A stretch of DNA of 64,000 nt from Candidatus Cloacimonadota bacterium (lineage in GTDB: Bacteria > Cloacimonadota > Cloacimonadia > G963667145), in assembly GCA_963676615.1 (NCBI GenBank), contig OY781092.1:129413-193412 (forward strand), written 5' to 3'. Position numbers and translations under genes: made by a program. Positions 27,852-37,322 of this stretch are shown one piece after another (position 1 is the stretch's first letter; the number at the start of each line of letters is the position of its first letter). The notes beneath the pieces were generated by a model, which was given only the letters and a program-made list of their open reading frames with translations, had not been told where the DNA came from and searched no databases.

Positions 27852-28989
27852 AAAAAGCCTACTCTGGCTTCTATTGATTTTCTCTTTTTCTTCGCTTTTT
27901 GCTCAATTTGAATACAATCAGTTTTCAAATATGAGTGCCGTGGGTTCTTATCCTCGTAGTGACAGATCAGAAGTCAGGAATATTGCTAGAATTATGATGA
28001 GGGTGAAAGAGGCGGTGCTTAATTTCCCCTTGGGAGTAAAAAGGGTTGCTGTTTATAGGATTAAAGCTGATCGCGACGCTATCTCTCTTGGAATGGTGCG
28101 TTTTGTAAAATCGAAACTTGAGCAGGTGCTTTTGGACAATAAAACCATTGAGTTGGTGGTTGTCCCAGAGTTCAATTTGGCAAGAGTGAAAATAACGGAC
28201 ACCTCTTTTAGCTATGTGAATTCCGCGCGCTCTTTTGCGGAGCTTCGCCAATTGGGCGAAAAATACGACATTGATGCTTTTATCGAAGGAACTTGCACGC
28301 GTAGTGCTTATGGAGATATTCTGCTGTCGCTAAAAATGGTTAGCAACAAAACAGGCGAGATTATTTGGTCAAAAGCTTTTATCGAAGGTCCTAACAACGA
28401 CAAAGATATTGAAACACCGAAGCAATATGTCCTTGACTTTAATGTGGGATTTTATACGGTGAACGAATATAAGAGCAGTGGTGTTTCTGTTTTTGATAGC
28501 GAATACGGCGGTAGCAGTGCAAATATCGTGAGGATGATAGATTATCGGTTGGGAATTACTCGCCGTCAAAACTCTAATTTCTCTTTTGCGAATGTTATGA
28601 TGACCTTGACAGGAGGCTTGTCGATTATTAACTGTCAACTCAGTTTGGAGAATAATATTGAAGGGTTTAACGAACTTTCTACAGCTTTCTTGGGATACGC
28701 AGGTGGTGGTGTGATGACAAAGTATTTCAAAAAAGACAGTAAGGTAACAACAACAAAAGAAAATTATTGGTTTAAGCCTTATTTTAAGGGCAATTTTTAC
28801 ATACCGATTAACTATTCTGGAAGTTTTTTGAGTTTAGATTTAGGTGGCTCATCTGATTTTACAGAAGATATCGAAGTTGGAGCAGGCATTGGCATTATTC
28901 CATTTGGAAGAAAATTGGAAAAGAGCCAGTCAAGTTATATAGAGTTTGGAGCGGTAAAATATGAGATTAGTTTTAGTTATAATTTCTAG
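27841..28989 (+). CDS. secreted protein with N-terminal FlgP/CsgG/LpoB-like signature and aromatic C-terminus (possible OM barrel)
   Basis: Signal peptide. KRVAVYRIKADRD...FVKSKLEQVLLD...ELVVVPEF... plus GDILLSLKMVSNKTGEIIWSKA fits the AV..F......L...vveR......GAD.vl.G.i...rl.dv.TgeI.w fold signature. Ends ...ISFSYNF. Overlaps flanking genes, consistent with an operon. Confidence 0.35.
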   Translation: MSIKKSLLWLLLIFSFSSLFAQFEYNQFSNMSAVGSYPRSDRSEVRNIARIMMRVKEAVLNFPLGVKRVAVYRIKADRDAISLGMVRFVKSKLEQVLLDNKTIELVVVPEFNLARVKITDTSFSYVNSARSFAELRQLGEKYDIDAFIEGTCTRSAYGDILLSLKMVSNKTGEIIWSKAFIEGPNNDKDIETPKQYVLDFNVGFYTVNEYKSSGVSVFDSEYGGSSANIVRMIDYRLGITRRQNSNFSFANVMMTLTGGLSIINCQLSLENNIEGFNELSTAFLGYAGGGVMTKYFKKDSKVTTTKENYWFKPYFKGNFYIPINYSGSFLSLDLGGSSDFTEDIEVGAGIGIIPFGRKLEKSQSSYIEFGAVKYEISFSYNF

Positions 28990-29617
28990 CTTCTTTTTGC
29001 TTTCAGGTTGTTCTCTTTGGAATAAATATTTTTCTAAAGATAGCGCTCAGGAGAGCAGAATTACAGAGCAAGAGGCGGTTAAAGCCTCTTCTGGAGCGGC
29101 AACAGTTGATCAAGAAAGAGGGCTAGGAGTTAGTGACGGGACAAAAAAAGAGACGACAGTTATCCAGCAAAATCCTATCCGTCCACAAAAAAACGAGATT
29201 CTAATTAAGTATCGTAACAAATCTTCGGAAGTTATTTTGAGTCTTGATCCAAGAGACAATAATGTGCAAATAGATGTTTCAAAAGCAAATCCAGGTGGCG
29301 AAACTGCCAATAATTTGGAAGCGAATTCAGATTTCTCTTACGATGTTGGGCAAGAAAATGACGACTCTGGAGAAACGGAGAGCGATTTGTTGGCGCAAGC
29401 TCAGAACAAGTTTTATTCTGGCGACTATCAAGCGGCTCTAAATCTGATAAACAGTTCTTTGGGCAAAAGACCAACAGCTAGAGCGTATGCACTCAAAGGG
29501 AGCATCTATTATATGCTGGGCAACTTGGCTTTGGCTCGAAAAAACTGGGTGAATTCGTTGCGTTTAAATTCTAATGTCCAAGGTGTTAGGCAAATGTTAA
29601 ATAAAATAGGGTATTGA
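28961..29617 (+). CDS. TPR/Sel1-like repeat lipoprotein
   Basis: Lipobox LLSGC. C-terminal TPR-like repeats (YQAALNLINSSL...AYALKGSIYYMLGNLALARKNW). Confidence 0.5.
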   Translation: MRLVLVIISSFFLLSGCSLWNKYFSKDSAQESRITEQEAVKASSGAATVDQERGLGVSDGTKKETTVIQQNPIRPQKNEILIKYRNKSSEVILSLDPRDNNVQIDVSKANPGGETANNLEANSDFSYDVGQENDDSGETESDLLAQAQNKFYSGDYQAALNLINSSLGKRPTARAYALKGSIYYMLGNLALARKNWVNSLRLNSNVQGVRQMLNKIGY

Positions 29618-29618
29618 A

Positions 29619-30416
29619 ATGGTCGGTTCTATAAGTTCTTTTATCGCTTTTATTCTTACTTGTCTAATAGTTTTACTTACAATTACTTCTGCAACATCAA
29701 ACTGGCAGGTTTTTGTCAACTCTGCAAGTATTTTGATAGTTTTGGGTGGAACGCTTGTAAGTGAGTTTATTGCTCGTGGGTTCAGAGAAACTTTGGGGTC
29801 TCTTGTTTATATGCTTAAAATTATGTTTAAGCAACCGATGAAAACAAGGCATTTGATCAGAGAAATCGACACTATCAAAAGTTGGGCAGATCGGATACAA
29901 AGTGGTGGCAAGAAAGTTTATGACGAGATTTATTCGGAGGTTACAGAGCCTTTTGAAAAATATGTGTTTTCTATTTTGTCAACGGGGTATTCGGTAGAGG
30001 AGTCCAAAGAGTTTATCCAAAACGAAATTCAAAGAGAGCTTGAGATAAATGAGCGAAGAGCCGAAATTTTGAGCAGTTTGGGCGGCTCTGCACCTGCCTT
30101 TGGTATGTTGGGAACTTTGATAGGTTTGGTGATTTTGCTTAGCCAGTTAGACGATCCATCAAAAATTGGTCCTGCAATGGCGGTTGCTTTGATAACAACA
30201 TTTTATGGGCTGATTTTAGCCAGAGTTTTCTTTATTCCTGGAGCAAATAAATCTACTGCAATTTCTGACTCAACAATGTTTCGCAAACAAATGATTTTGG
30301 AGGGAGTTAGTCTTATTATGCAAGAAAAGTCCTCTTTTTATGTAGAAGATTATTTGAGCTCTTTCGTTGAAAAAAACGTTAAGAAAGAAGATATTAGTTC
30401 TGATAGTTCAATCTAA
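29619..30416 (+). CDS. motA: MotA/PomA-family stator channel protein
   Basis: Four TM segments arranged TM1-TM2, ~100-aa charged cytoplasmic loop, then TM3-TM4. TM3 has the conserved Pro (SAPAFGMLGTLIGL). TM4 is IGPAMAVALITTFYGLILA. Confidence 0.65.
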   Translation: MVGSISSFIAFILTCLIVLLTITSATSNWQVFVNSASILIVLGGTLVSEFIARGFRETLGSLVYMLKIMFKQPMKTRHLIREIDTIKSWADRIQSGGKKVYDEIYSEVTEPFEKYVFSILSTGYSVEESKEFIQNEIQRELEINERRAEILSSLGGSAPAFGMLGTLIGLVILLSQLDDPSKIGPAMAVALITTFYGLILARVFFIPGANKSTAISDSTMFRKQMILEGVSLIMQEKSSFYVEDYLSSFVEKNVKKEDISSDSSI

Positions 30417-30442
30417 TTTTGTTTGATTGAAGAGGAATAAAG

Positions 30443-31099
30443 ATGAAATTTCAAAAGAAGGAACCTAAAAAGATTGATGAGTCATGGATGATGACTTATT
30501 CCGATTTGGTTACTTTGCTTTTGTGTTTTTTCGTGCTTTTGGTTTCGATGTCCACAACAAATATGGGAATGTGGCAAGAGTTTAAGGAAGGGTATCGTTC
30601 TGAAATAGAAGCGCAGGAAGAAGATTTCTCTACACCTTTGTCGAGAATAAAAGATGATCTTGACTCGATGTTGTTGGACGAAAGAATGGCTGGAATTGTT
30701 TCGGTGCGACTAAATCGTTCTTCGATTACCATCAGCATTTTGTCCGACGCTCTCTATCGCACAGGCGAGGCGCAAATTATTCAAAAAAATATTAGCATTC
30801 TCAAAAAAATTGGTAATTCCATAAAAGCTATTGAGTATTACGACCCTAAAATTGATATTGAAGGACACACCGATGATGCTCCAATTCATACCTCTAGATT
30901 CCCTTCGAACTGGGAACTTTCTGTGGGCAGAGCATCAAATGTTGTGCGCTATTTCATTTCTCAAGGGATTCCACCTGAGCAGATGAAAGCCGCAGGTTAT
31001 GCCTATATCAAGCCTTTGGCGCCGAATAGGGACGCCGCTGGTCACCCAATTCAAGCTAACCGAGACCTTAACAGACGGATTGTCATTGAGGTGCACTAA
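30443..31099 (+). CDS. motB: MotB/PomB-family stator protein with OmpA-like peptidoglycan-binding domain
   Basis: N-terminal WMMTYSDLVTLLLCFFVLLVSMS contains the conserved protonatable Asp and closely resembles the PomB/MotB plug-TM region. C-terminal OmpA-like motif (GHTDDAP...NWELSVGRASNVVRY). Confidence 0.7.
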   Translation: MKFQKKEPKKIDESWMMTYSDLVTLLLCFFVLLVSMSTTNMGMWQEFKEGYRSEIEAQEEDFSTPLSRIKDDLDSMLLDERMAGIVSVRLNRSSITISILSDALYRTGEAQIIQKNISILKKIGNSIKAIEYYDPKIDIEGHTDDAPIHTSRFPSNWELSVGRASNVVRYFISQGIPPEQMKAAGYAYIKPLAPNRDAAGHPIQANRDLNRRIVIEVH

Positions 31100-32499
31100 T
31101 CTCGTTGGCTGAGTTTTTCCAGCTCTTTTTTCACCTCACGCATAGATTTCGGGTTTACGAAGACGGTTTTCTGATTTTTGTAATTTACTTGCCCTAATCT
31201 TCCTTTGCGGATTTTCCACACATAGCGGATAGCTGTGTAATCTACAGCCACTTTTCCCGAATGCTTGGCTTTGGAATAGTAGGCGGCGAGGCTTGCGGCA
31301 ATCTCCAAAATTTTTTGCGGAACATTTTTTTTGTAAGGGTTGAGGATGACGATATGCGAGCCTTTTATCGCCCGCGTGTGAAACCACAAATCGTTTTTTC
31401 CCGCGACACTGCAGGTGATGGTGTTGTTTTCGGCATCGTTTCTTCCGATGACAATTTTTAGGTCGTCGTCTATTTTGATCTGTTTAAAAGATTTTTTTTC
31501 GTTTGTTTTCGCTTTTTTGGGCAGAAAAATTTTGGACTTATTTTCATCAAGCGGTTTGTTTTTCAGGGAGTTAATCTCTGCTTCTTTGATTTTTATTCTG
31601 TTTTCAACGATTTTTTTGCCGCTGAGAGCTTTTTTGTATTTTTTGAAATAGTAGGCGATGTTTTGACTGGGCGAGAGCTCTTTTTTTAGCTCAATTTTGA
31701 TGTTTGGCAGAGCGGCATCAAAGTAGTTGGTGAGGCTGATTTCGCCCATTCCAGGCGAAATTTTGTGATGAGCAGATTTGAGAAGCTCGCCAGCCATTTT
31801 CCAATACTCCATTTTGCTGTAATCGCCAAGCACTCTCTTGAGCGCCGTTAGTTTTTTTTCCGCTTTGGTAATCTCTTTTTCTTGCTGTTTTTGCTGCTTT
31901 TTTTTGAAGATAACGACTCTTTTCAAGTGGATATGGTTGTAAAAAAAATGCTCCAAATAGGCGTTTACAGAGTCGAAACTGTAGTCGCCATCGTGCCAGG
32001 GCAAAGGGTGAAAGCAGTAATTTTGCGTGTTTTGATTGCTGGGCAAAGTGTATTTTTGTCCGGGCAAAATCTGCCGCTGCGGATTGTCGGCAAAGGTGAA
32101 GATTTTTTTGGCGAGCACAATTTTGTCGCCTTCCAAAAAGATAATGTTTTGTTTGCCGGGGATTAGCTCTACGACGATTTTTAGGTGTAAAAGTTCCCCA
32201 TAAATCGACTTTTTTTCGAAAGAAAACTCCACGATTCTGTCGCAAGTGGGCGTTTTGATCTCCAAAAGAGCCGCGTTTTTGAAAAGGTTAATAATCCCAG
32301 AAAAAGTCGGAGCGAACTCCAAAATGTCGTCTTGCGAAAAAAAGCAAAATCCGTCGTTTCCGCAGAGATTTAGCTGCAAAAAGAGCGGAGTTTTGGCGAA
32401 AGTGATGCGATATTGGTCGCTAGATTTTTCTATTGATTGGAATTTCAAAAATTGTGGCAGAGGCTTGCGGCACCACTGGGCGATGGTCGAATAGTTCAT
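31096..32499 (-). CDS. NFACT-family protein (FbpA/RqcH-like) with C-terminal DUF814
   Basis: C-terminal DLWFHTRAIKGSHIVIL...AASLAAYYSKAKHSGKVAVDY matches DUF814. Preceded by a coiled-coil region. Confidence 0.55.
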   Translation of the reverse strand: MNYSTIAQWCRKPLPQFLKFQSIEKSSDQYRITFAKTPLFLQLNLCGNDGFCFFSQDDILEFAPTFSGIINLFKNAALLEIKTPTCDRIVEFSFEKKSIYGELLHLKIVVELIPGKQNIIFLEGDKIVLAKKIFTFADNPQRQILPGQKYTLPSNQNTQNYCFHPLPWHDGDYSFDSVNAYLEHFFYNHIHLKRVVIFKKKQQKQQEKEITKAEKKLTALKRVLGDYSKMEYWKMAGELLKSAHHKISPGMGEISLTNYFDAALPNIKIELKKELSPSQNIAYYFKKYKKALSGKKIVENRIKIKEAEINSLKNKPLDENKSKIFLPKKAKTNEKKSFKQIKIDDDLKIVIGRNDAENNTITCSVAGKNDLWFHTRAIKGSHIVILNPYKKNVPQKILEIAASLAAYYSKAKHSGKVAVDYTAIRYVWKIRKGRLGQVNYKNQKTVFVNPKSMREVKKELEKLSQRD

Positions 32500-32582
32500 T
32501 TTTTATGAAAAAAATAAAGGCAGAAAAAGCGCTTAGCTAAATTAGAAAAGCGACCAATTTCTGCCTTTTTTAGTCGTTTTTT

Positions 32583-33497
32583 TTAGTTCACTTGGAAGGT
32601 GTTTGTGCCGTCTTTCAGGAAGGCGATTATTTGCTCGGCGGCAGCCACAGCGGCGTTGATATTAGCCTCGGCGGTTTGTGCGCCCATCTTTTTGGGAGTT
32701 GCGAAAAAGCGGTCGGTGAACGCCCCGAATTTATCTAAATTTACAGGAGCGATGTCGGTCATATATTTGAACTTTTCGTCCTCGTTCATTTTTTGCAAAA
32801 GTCCGTCCTCGTCGATAACCTCTTTGCGAGCGGTGTTCACAAGGCAAGCGCCTTTTGGCATTTTTGACAAAAGTTCGTAGTTGATCGAGCCTTTGGTTTT
32901 GTCGTTGGCAGGAATGTGCAGAGACAGGTAGTCGGCTTGCGAGTAAAGCTCTTCAACCGTCTTGGCGCAAGCGTCGCAGCCAGCCAAAATTTTGCTCTCC
33001 TTAACAAACGGGTCGTGCGCGATGACTTTCATTCCGAAACCTTTGGCGACTTTTGCTACGATGCAGCCGATGTTGCCGTAGGCGTGGATTCCAAGGGTTT
33101 TGCCTTTTAGCTCGCTGCCAGATTTTCCGTTGTAGCATCCGCGGGCAGCCATAATCATCATTCCAAGGGCAAGCTCTGCCACAGCGTTGGAGTTTTGCCC
33201 AGGAGTGTTCATCACTACAATCCCTTTTTCGCTAGCGGCTTGGCAGTCCACATTGTCGTAGCCAGCTCCAGCTCTAACGACGATTTTCAGATTTTTTGCT
33301 GCGTCCATCACCTCTTTGGTAACTTTGTCGCTTCTGATAATCAAAGCGTCGCAATCGCTTACTGCGCCCACAAAATCGGCTTGCTCTGCGTAATTTTCGA
33401 AAAGAACCAGCTCGTGCTCAGACTTTGCCACAGCCTCTTTGAGTTTGTTCACAGCCGCAGCTGCGAAAGGCTTTTGAGTTGCCACTAATATTTTCAT
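32583..33497 (-). CDS. D-isomer-specific 2-hydroxyacid dehydrogenase family (phosphoglycerate-dehydrogenase-like)
   Basis: NAD-binding GIHAYGNIGCIVAKVAKGFGMKVIAHD and catalytic-domain pattern. 304 aa. Confidence 0.7.
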   Translation of the reverse strand: MKILVATQKPFAAAAVNKLKEAVAKSEHELVLFENYAEQADFVGAVSDCDALIIRSDKVTKEVMDAAKNLKIVVRAGAGYDNVDCQAASEKGIVVMNTPGQNSNAVAELALGMMIMAARGCYNGKSGSELKGKTLGIHAYGNIGCIVAKVAKGFGMKVIAHDPFVKESKILAGCDACAKTVEELYSQADYLSLHIPANDKTKGSINYELLSKMPKGACLVNTARKEVIDEDGLLQKMNEDEKFKYMTDIAPVNLDKFGAFTDRFFATPKKMGAQTAEANINAAVAAAEQIIAFLKDGTNTFQVN

Positions 33498-33634
33498 AAT
33501 TTTCTCCTCATTATGTGATTTCTTTGATACTTAATTCGTGCATCCCTTAAAATGAGTCAAGAAAATAAAAAAAAATCTTGACTTTATATTTGCTGTTTTT
33601 TGATTTGGGGAAATTTTTTTAAATAGGAGGAAGA

Positions 33635-34921
33635 ATGTTCGAAAAATTCTTTAAACTTAGTGAGCACGGAACTACTGTAAAAACAGAAATCCTTGCTGGT
33701 CTTACTACTTTTTTGACTATGGGCTACATTTTGATTGTCAACCCAATTATTTTGTCAAAAACTGGTATGCCGTTTGGCTCAATCATCACAGCTACAGCGT
33801 TGTCTTCGGCAATTGCGACTTTGGTGATGGCGTTGTATGCCAATATGCCTTTTGGTCTTGCACCAGGGATGGGGCTTAACGCCTTTTTTGCTTTCACAGT
33901 GGTTTTGGGTATGGGTTACTCTTGGGAGTTTGCTCTTACAGCTGTATTTTTGGAAGGTATAATCTTTATGATTTTGACCTTCTTTAATGTGCGGACTGCG
34001 ATTGTAAACAGCATCCCAATCAACCTGAAGTATGCAATCTCGGCTGGTATCGGTCTCTTTATTGCCTTTATCGGTCTGCAAGGAGCTGGTCTTGTTGTGG
34101 ACAATCCAGCTGTTCTTGTTGGACTTGGCGATGTGCTTACTGCTAAACCGCTGATTTGTGTGTTTGGTCTTTTGGTTGTGGGTGTTTTGCATTACAAAAG
34201 AGTGAAAGGTGCTTTGATGATCGGGATTTTGGCTTCAACAGTGTTGGCTCTTATCTTGGGCGTTACCGAATACAACGGCATTTTTGCAGCTCCAGCTAGC
34301 CTTGCGCCAATTTTCTTCAAATTCGATTTCACCAATGTTTTCACATTGGATATGGCTACAGTTTTGTTCACTTTCTTGTTTGTCGATATGTTCGATACAG
34401 TTGGAACTTTGGTTGGTGTGGCTTCAAAGGCGAATATGCTTGACTCTGAAGGTAAACTTCCTGGCGTGAAAAAAGCTCTTTTCGCAGACTCTCTTGGAAC
34501 GACCGTCGGCGCTATCTTGGGAACTTGCACAGTGACAACTTATGTAGAGTCTGCCGCTGGTGTTGAAGAGGGTGGTCGCACAGGTCTTACCGCCTTGACA
34601 ATCGCAGCTCTTTTCTTGCTTTCGCTTTTCATCTCTCCGCTGATTATTATGGTGCCGGGCGCAGCTACTGCTCCAGTGCTTATCGCAGTGGGTGTGTTTA
34701 TGCTTACCCCAATCTTGAAAGTGGATTTCGACGACTTTACCGAAGGTCTTCCTGCTTTCTTGGCGATGATTATTATGCCGCTTACCTACTCAATTTCAGA
34801 AGGTATCGCATTCGGAATTATCTCTTATACAGTCTTGAAGCTTTTCACAGGCAAAGGAAAAGAGGTCAGCCTTGTTACTTACATCGTTGCTTTGATTTTT
34901 ATCGGCAAATTCTTTTTGTAA
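33635..34921 (+). CDS. NCS2/AzgA-family purine permease
   Basis: MFEKFFKLSEHGTTVKTEILAGLTTFLTMGYILIVNP is the typical AzgA/PbuG N-terminus. Polytopic. Strong RBS TAGGAGG. Confidence 0.75.
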   Translation: MFEKFFKLSEHGTTVKTEILAGLTTFLTMGYILIVNPIILSKTGMPFGSIITATALSSAIATLVMALYANMPFGLAPGMGLNAFFAFTVVLGMGYSWEFALTAVFLEGIIFMILTFFNVRTAIVNSIPINLKYAISAGIGLFIAFIGLQGAGLVVDNPAVLVGLGDVLTAKPLICVFGLLVVGVLHYKRVKGALMIGILASTVLALILGVTEYNGIFAAPASLAPIFFKFDFTNVFTLDMATVLFTFLFVDMFDTVGTLVGVASKANMLDSEGKLPGVKKALFADSLGTTVGAILGTCTVTTYVESAAGVEEGGRTGLTALTIAALFLLSLFISPLIIMVPGAATAPVLIAVGVFMLTPILKVDFDDFTEGLPAFLAMIIMPLTYSISEGIAFGIISYTVLKLFTGKGKEVSLVTYIVALIFIGKFFL

Positions 34922-34946
34922 TACGATAGTATAGCAATAATTTAAG

Positions 34947-34981
34947 CCGCTCTTCTTACGAAAAAGAAGGGCGGTTTTTTT
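34947..34981 (+). terminator. intrinsic terminator after the purine permease
   Basis: ccgctcttctt / aagaagggcgg 11-bp stem (one G-U), 6-nt loop, followed by ttttttt. Confidence 0.7.
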
Positions 34982-35142
34982 ATTTCTGCTTTTTTTATGA
35001 GTCAAAAAAAATTGCCGATAGCTAGCTGATTATTTTTCAATGAAATAAAAAAAATAGCGAATTTTTGCTTTTTTCCGATTTTGCTTGACTTTTATATGCG
35101 TCTCAAAGAATTAAGGGTATTGTAGATGAGGAAAGAACTGTT

Positions 35143-36762
35143 ATGGGTCGGAAAAAGTTAAGTAAAATCCAGCAATTGCTTTTGTTTGACGGGCTGTCTG
35201 TGCCGCAGGAGCAGCCGCAGCAGGCGAAAAAAACCGAGCAAACTGAGGCGACAAAAAAGATTCCAAAGCCGAAAAATCAGCAGATCGTCGTTCCCAAAAT
35301 TTTGGGGCGTGACAATTGGATGAATATTCAGGGCGGTCAGGTCTCGTTCGATTTTGTGCATCGGGTCGAAGATTTTTTGCTTGAGAATAATATTAAGCTC
35401 AACAGCAGGAAGTTTCTGCTGGGAGTGTCCGGCGGAAGCGACTCTCTGGCGATGCTGCTGGCGTTTTACTATTTGCGCAATAAATACGACCTGAAGCTTT
35501 TGGTGTCGCATATCAACTACAATCTTCGCGGGGAGCAGAGCGCCGCTGACCAGAGGCTACTGCAAAAAATCTGCTTTGAGAAAAATATTTTGGTGGAGAT
35601 TAAGAGTGTTGATGCTGGAGCGCTGAGCGAAAAAGGTTTGCGGGATTTGCGATTTGAGGAGTTCGAAAAGATTGCCAAGAGAGACAAAATCAAAAATCTG
35701 TGTCTGGCGCACAACAAAAACGATCAGGTGGAGACGGTGCTTTTTAATGTGGTGCGCGGAGCTGGGATTTCGGGAGCTGCGGGGATAAAGCAGACGCTGA
35801 AACTCGCCAGCGGGCTTACGCTGATTCATCCGCTTTTGCACATCGACAAAAAGCAGATTGTGGCGTTTTTGCAAGATCAAAAAGTGCAGTGGGCGGAGGA
35901 TGCAACCAACGCAGAGCCGATTTATTCTCGCAACAAAATTCGGCTGGAGCTTTTGCCGTGGCTGAAGGAGAACCTAAATCCCAAGGCGATGGAAAATATT
36001 TTTGAGTTTTCGACGATTTTGAGCCAGACGCACCAATTTTGGCAAGAGCAGGCCAGCTCGAAACTCAAGCGGCTGAAAATCAAAGGCGAAAGCGAGCCAG
36101 GAGTTTTTTGTTTTTCTGTTGAGAAGCTGAAAAAAGAGCTGCCGCTGCTTCGCTACTATTTGTTCAAAGAGATTTACGAGGAGTTTACTGGCGAAGTTGA
36201 CGGATTTTATCGCAACCATTTTAGTCAGATCGAGAAGCTTTTTGAGTCGCAAGGTTCTGTGAAAATCAACCTTTTTGAGAAGATGGTTTTGCTCAAGGAG
36301 TATGACAATCTCTACATTTTCGACCACGATTTGCAGGAGGAACATCCCGAAGATCAGCCGATGGTTTTTTCAAAATTGGCGAAAGTTTTTGTGTTTAACA
36401 ATTGTCGGATTCGGATGTCGAAGGTGAATAAAATTCCGGCGAAGTTCGACAAGAGCAGCGTGGCGTATTTGGATTATGGCAAATTGCAGATGCCGCTGGT
36501 GGTTCGTTCGGCTGTGGCAGGAGATAGGTTTGTGCCTGTGGGGATGAAGGGTCACAAAAAATTAAAGGAATTTTTTATTGACGAAAAGGTCTGTAAATTT
36601 GAAAGAAAAAGGATACCGATTATCACTGATACCAAAGGGATTGTTTGGGTCGGAGGATATCGCGTGGACGCAAGAGCGGTGGCGAAATCGTCTTGCAAAA
36701 ATGTCTTAAAAATCGAGCTGGAGCGGCTGGAGAAGTCGCGGTCTGCTCAACGGAAAAAGTAA
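35143..36762 (+). CDS. tilS: tRNA(Ile)-lysidine synthetase (possible later start near 35320)
   Basis: PP-loop GVSGGSDSLAML. TilS-type central and C-terminal domains. Conserved tilS-hpt-ftsH order. Confidence 0.75.
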   Translation: MGRKKLSKIQQLLLFDGLSVPQEQPQQAKKTEQTEATKKIPKPKNQQIVVPKILGRDNWMNIQGGQVSFDFVHRVEDFLLENNIKLNSRKFLLGVSGGSDSLAMLLAFYYLRNKYDLKLLVSHINYNLRGEQSAADQRLLQKICFEKNILVEIKSVDAGALSEKGLRDLRFEEFEKIAKRDKIKNLCLAHNKNDQVETVLFNVVRGAGISGAAGIKQTLKLASGLTLIHPLLHIDKKQIVAFLQDQKVQWAEDATNAEPIYSRNKIRLELLPWLKENLNPKAMENIFEFSTILSQTHQFWQEQASSKLKRLKIKGESEPGVFCFSVEKLKKELPLLRYYLFKEIYEEFTGEVDGFYRNHFSQIEKLFESQGSVKINLFEKMVLLKEYDNLYIFDHDLQEEHPEDQPMVFSKLAKVFVFNNCRIRMSKVNKIPAKFDKSSVAYLDYGKLQMPLVVRSAVAGDRFVPVGMKGHKKLKEFFIDEKVCKFERKRIPIITDTKGIVWVGGYRVDARAVAKSSCKNVLKIELERLEKSRSAQRKK

Positions 36763-36764
36763 AA

Positions 36765-37319
36765 ATGGGGTGCAAAGTGGACGAAAGATTTTCAAAAATC
36801 ATTTTGAGCGAAGAGGAAATTCAAGCCAGAATTGCGGAGCTTGCCAAAGAGCTATCTGCTTGCTACAAAGGCAAATGCCCCGTTTTTGTGTGTGTGCTAA
36901 AAGGCGCTGTGTTTTTTATCACCGATCTGACCAAAAAGCTGACGATTGACTGCCGTGTGGATTTTATGGATGTGTCCAGCTACGGCGCAGACCGAAGCAG
37001 CTCGGGGGTTGTGCAGATTCGCAAAGACCTTAGCGACCGAATCGAAGACCGCGATGTGATTGTGGTGGAAGATATTTTGGATACGGGGCTTACGCTGAAC
37101 TACCTGATTGGCTATTTGGTGAACAGAAAGCCGCGCTCGATAAAGATTTGCACGCTGCTGGATCGTCCGCATAAGCGAGATGCGAATATCGATTTGAAGG
37201 CCGATTTTGTCGGTTTTACGCTTACCAAGAGCGATTTTTTGGTCGGTTACGGTCTGGACGACGACCAAATTATGCGGAATTTGCCTTACATTGGAGTTTT
37301 AAAAAAGGATGATGTGTAG
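36765..37319 (+). CDS. hpt: hypoxanthine(-guanine) phosphoribosyltransferase
   Basis: VIVVEDILDTGLTL PRPP-binding motif. 184 aa from the ATG at 36765. The track ORF's upstream extension overlaps the tilS end. Confidence 0.8.
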   Translation: MGCKVDERFSKIILSEEEIQARIAELAKELSACYKGKCPVFVCVLKGAVFFITDLTKKLTIDCRVDFMDVSSYGADRSSSGVVQIRKDLSDRIEDRDVIVVEDILDTGLTLNYLIGYLVNRKPRSIKICTLLDRPHKRDANIDLKADFVGFTLTKSDFLVGYGLDDDQIMRNLPYIGVLKKDDV

Positions 37320-37322
37320 AGA

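Noticed and set aside
29619-31099. Zorya-type anti-phage system (ZorA/ZorB are MotA/MotB homologues)
   Set aside because: The MotA homologue is of normal size (265 aa) without the long C-terminal tail of ZorA. No ZorC/ZorD-like genes are adjacent; the only SNF2 helicase is 30 kb away. The operon instead contains FliF/FliG-like and FlgP-like genes.
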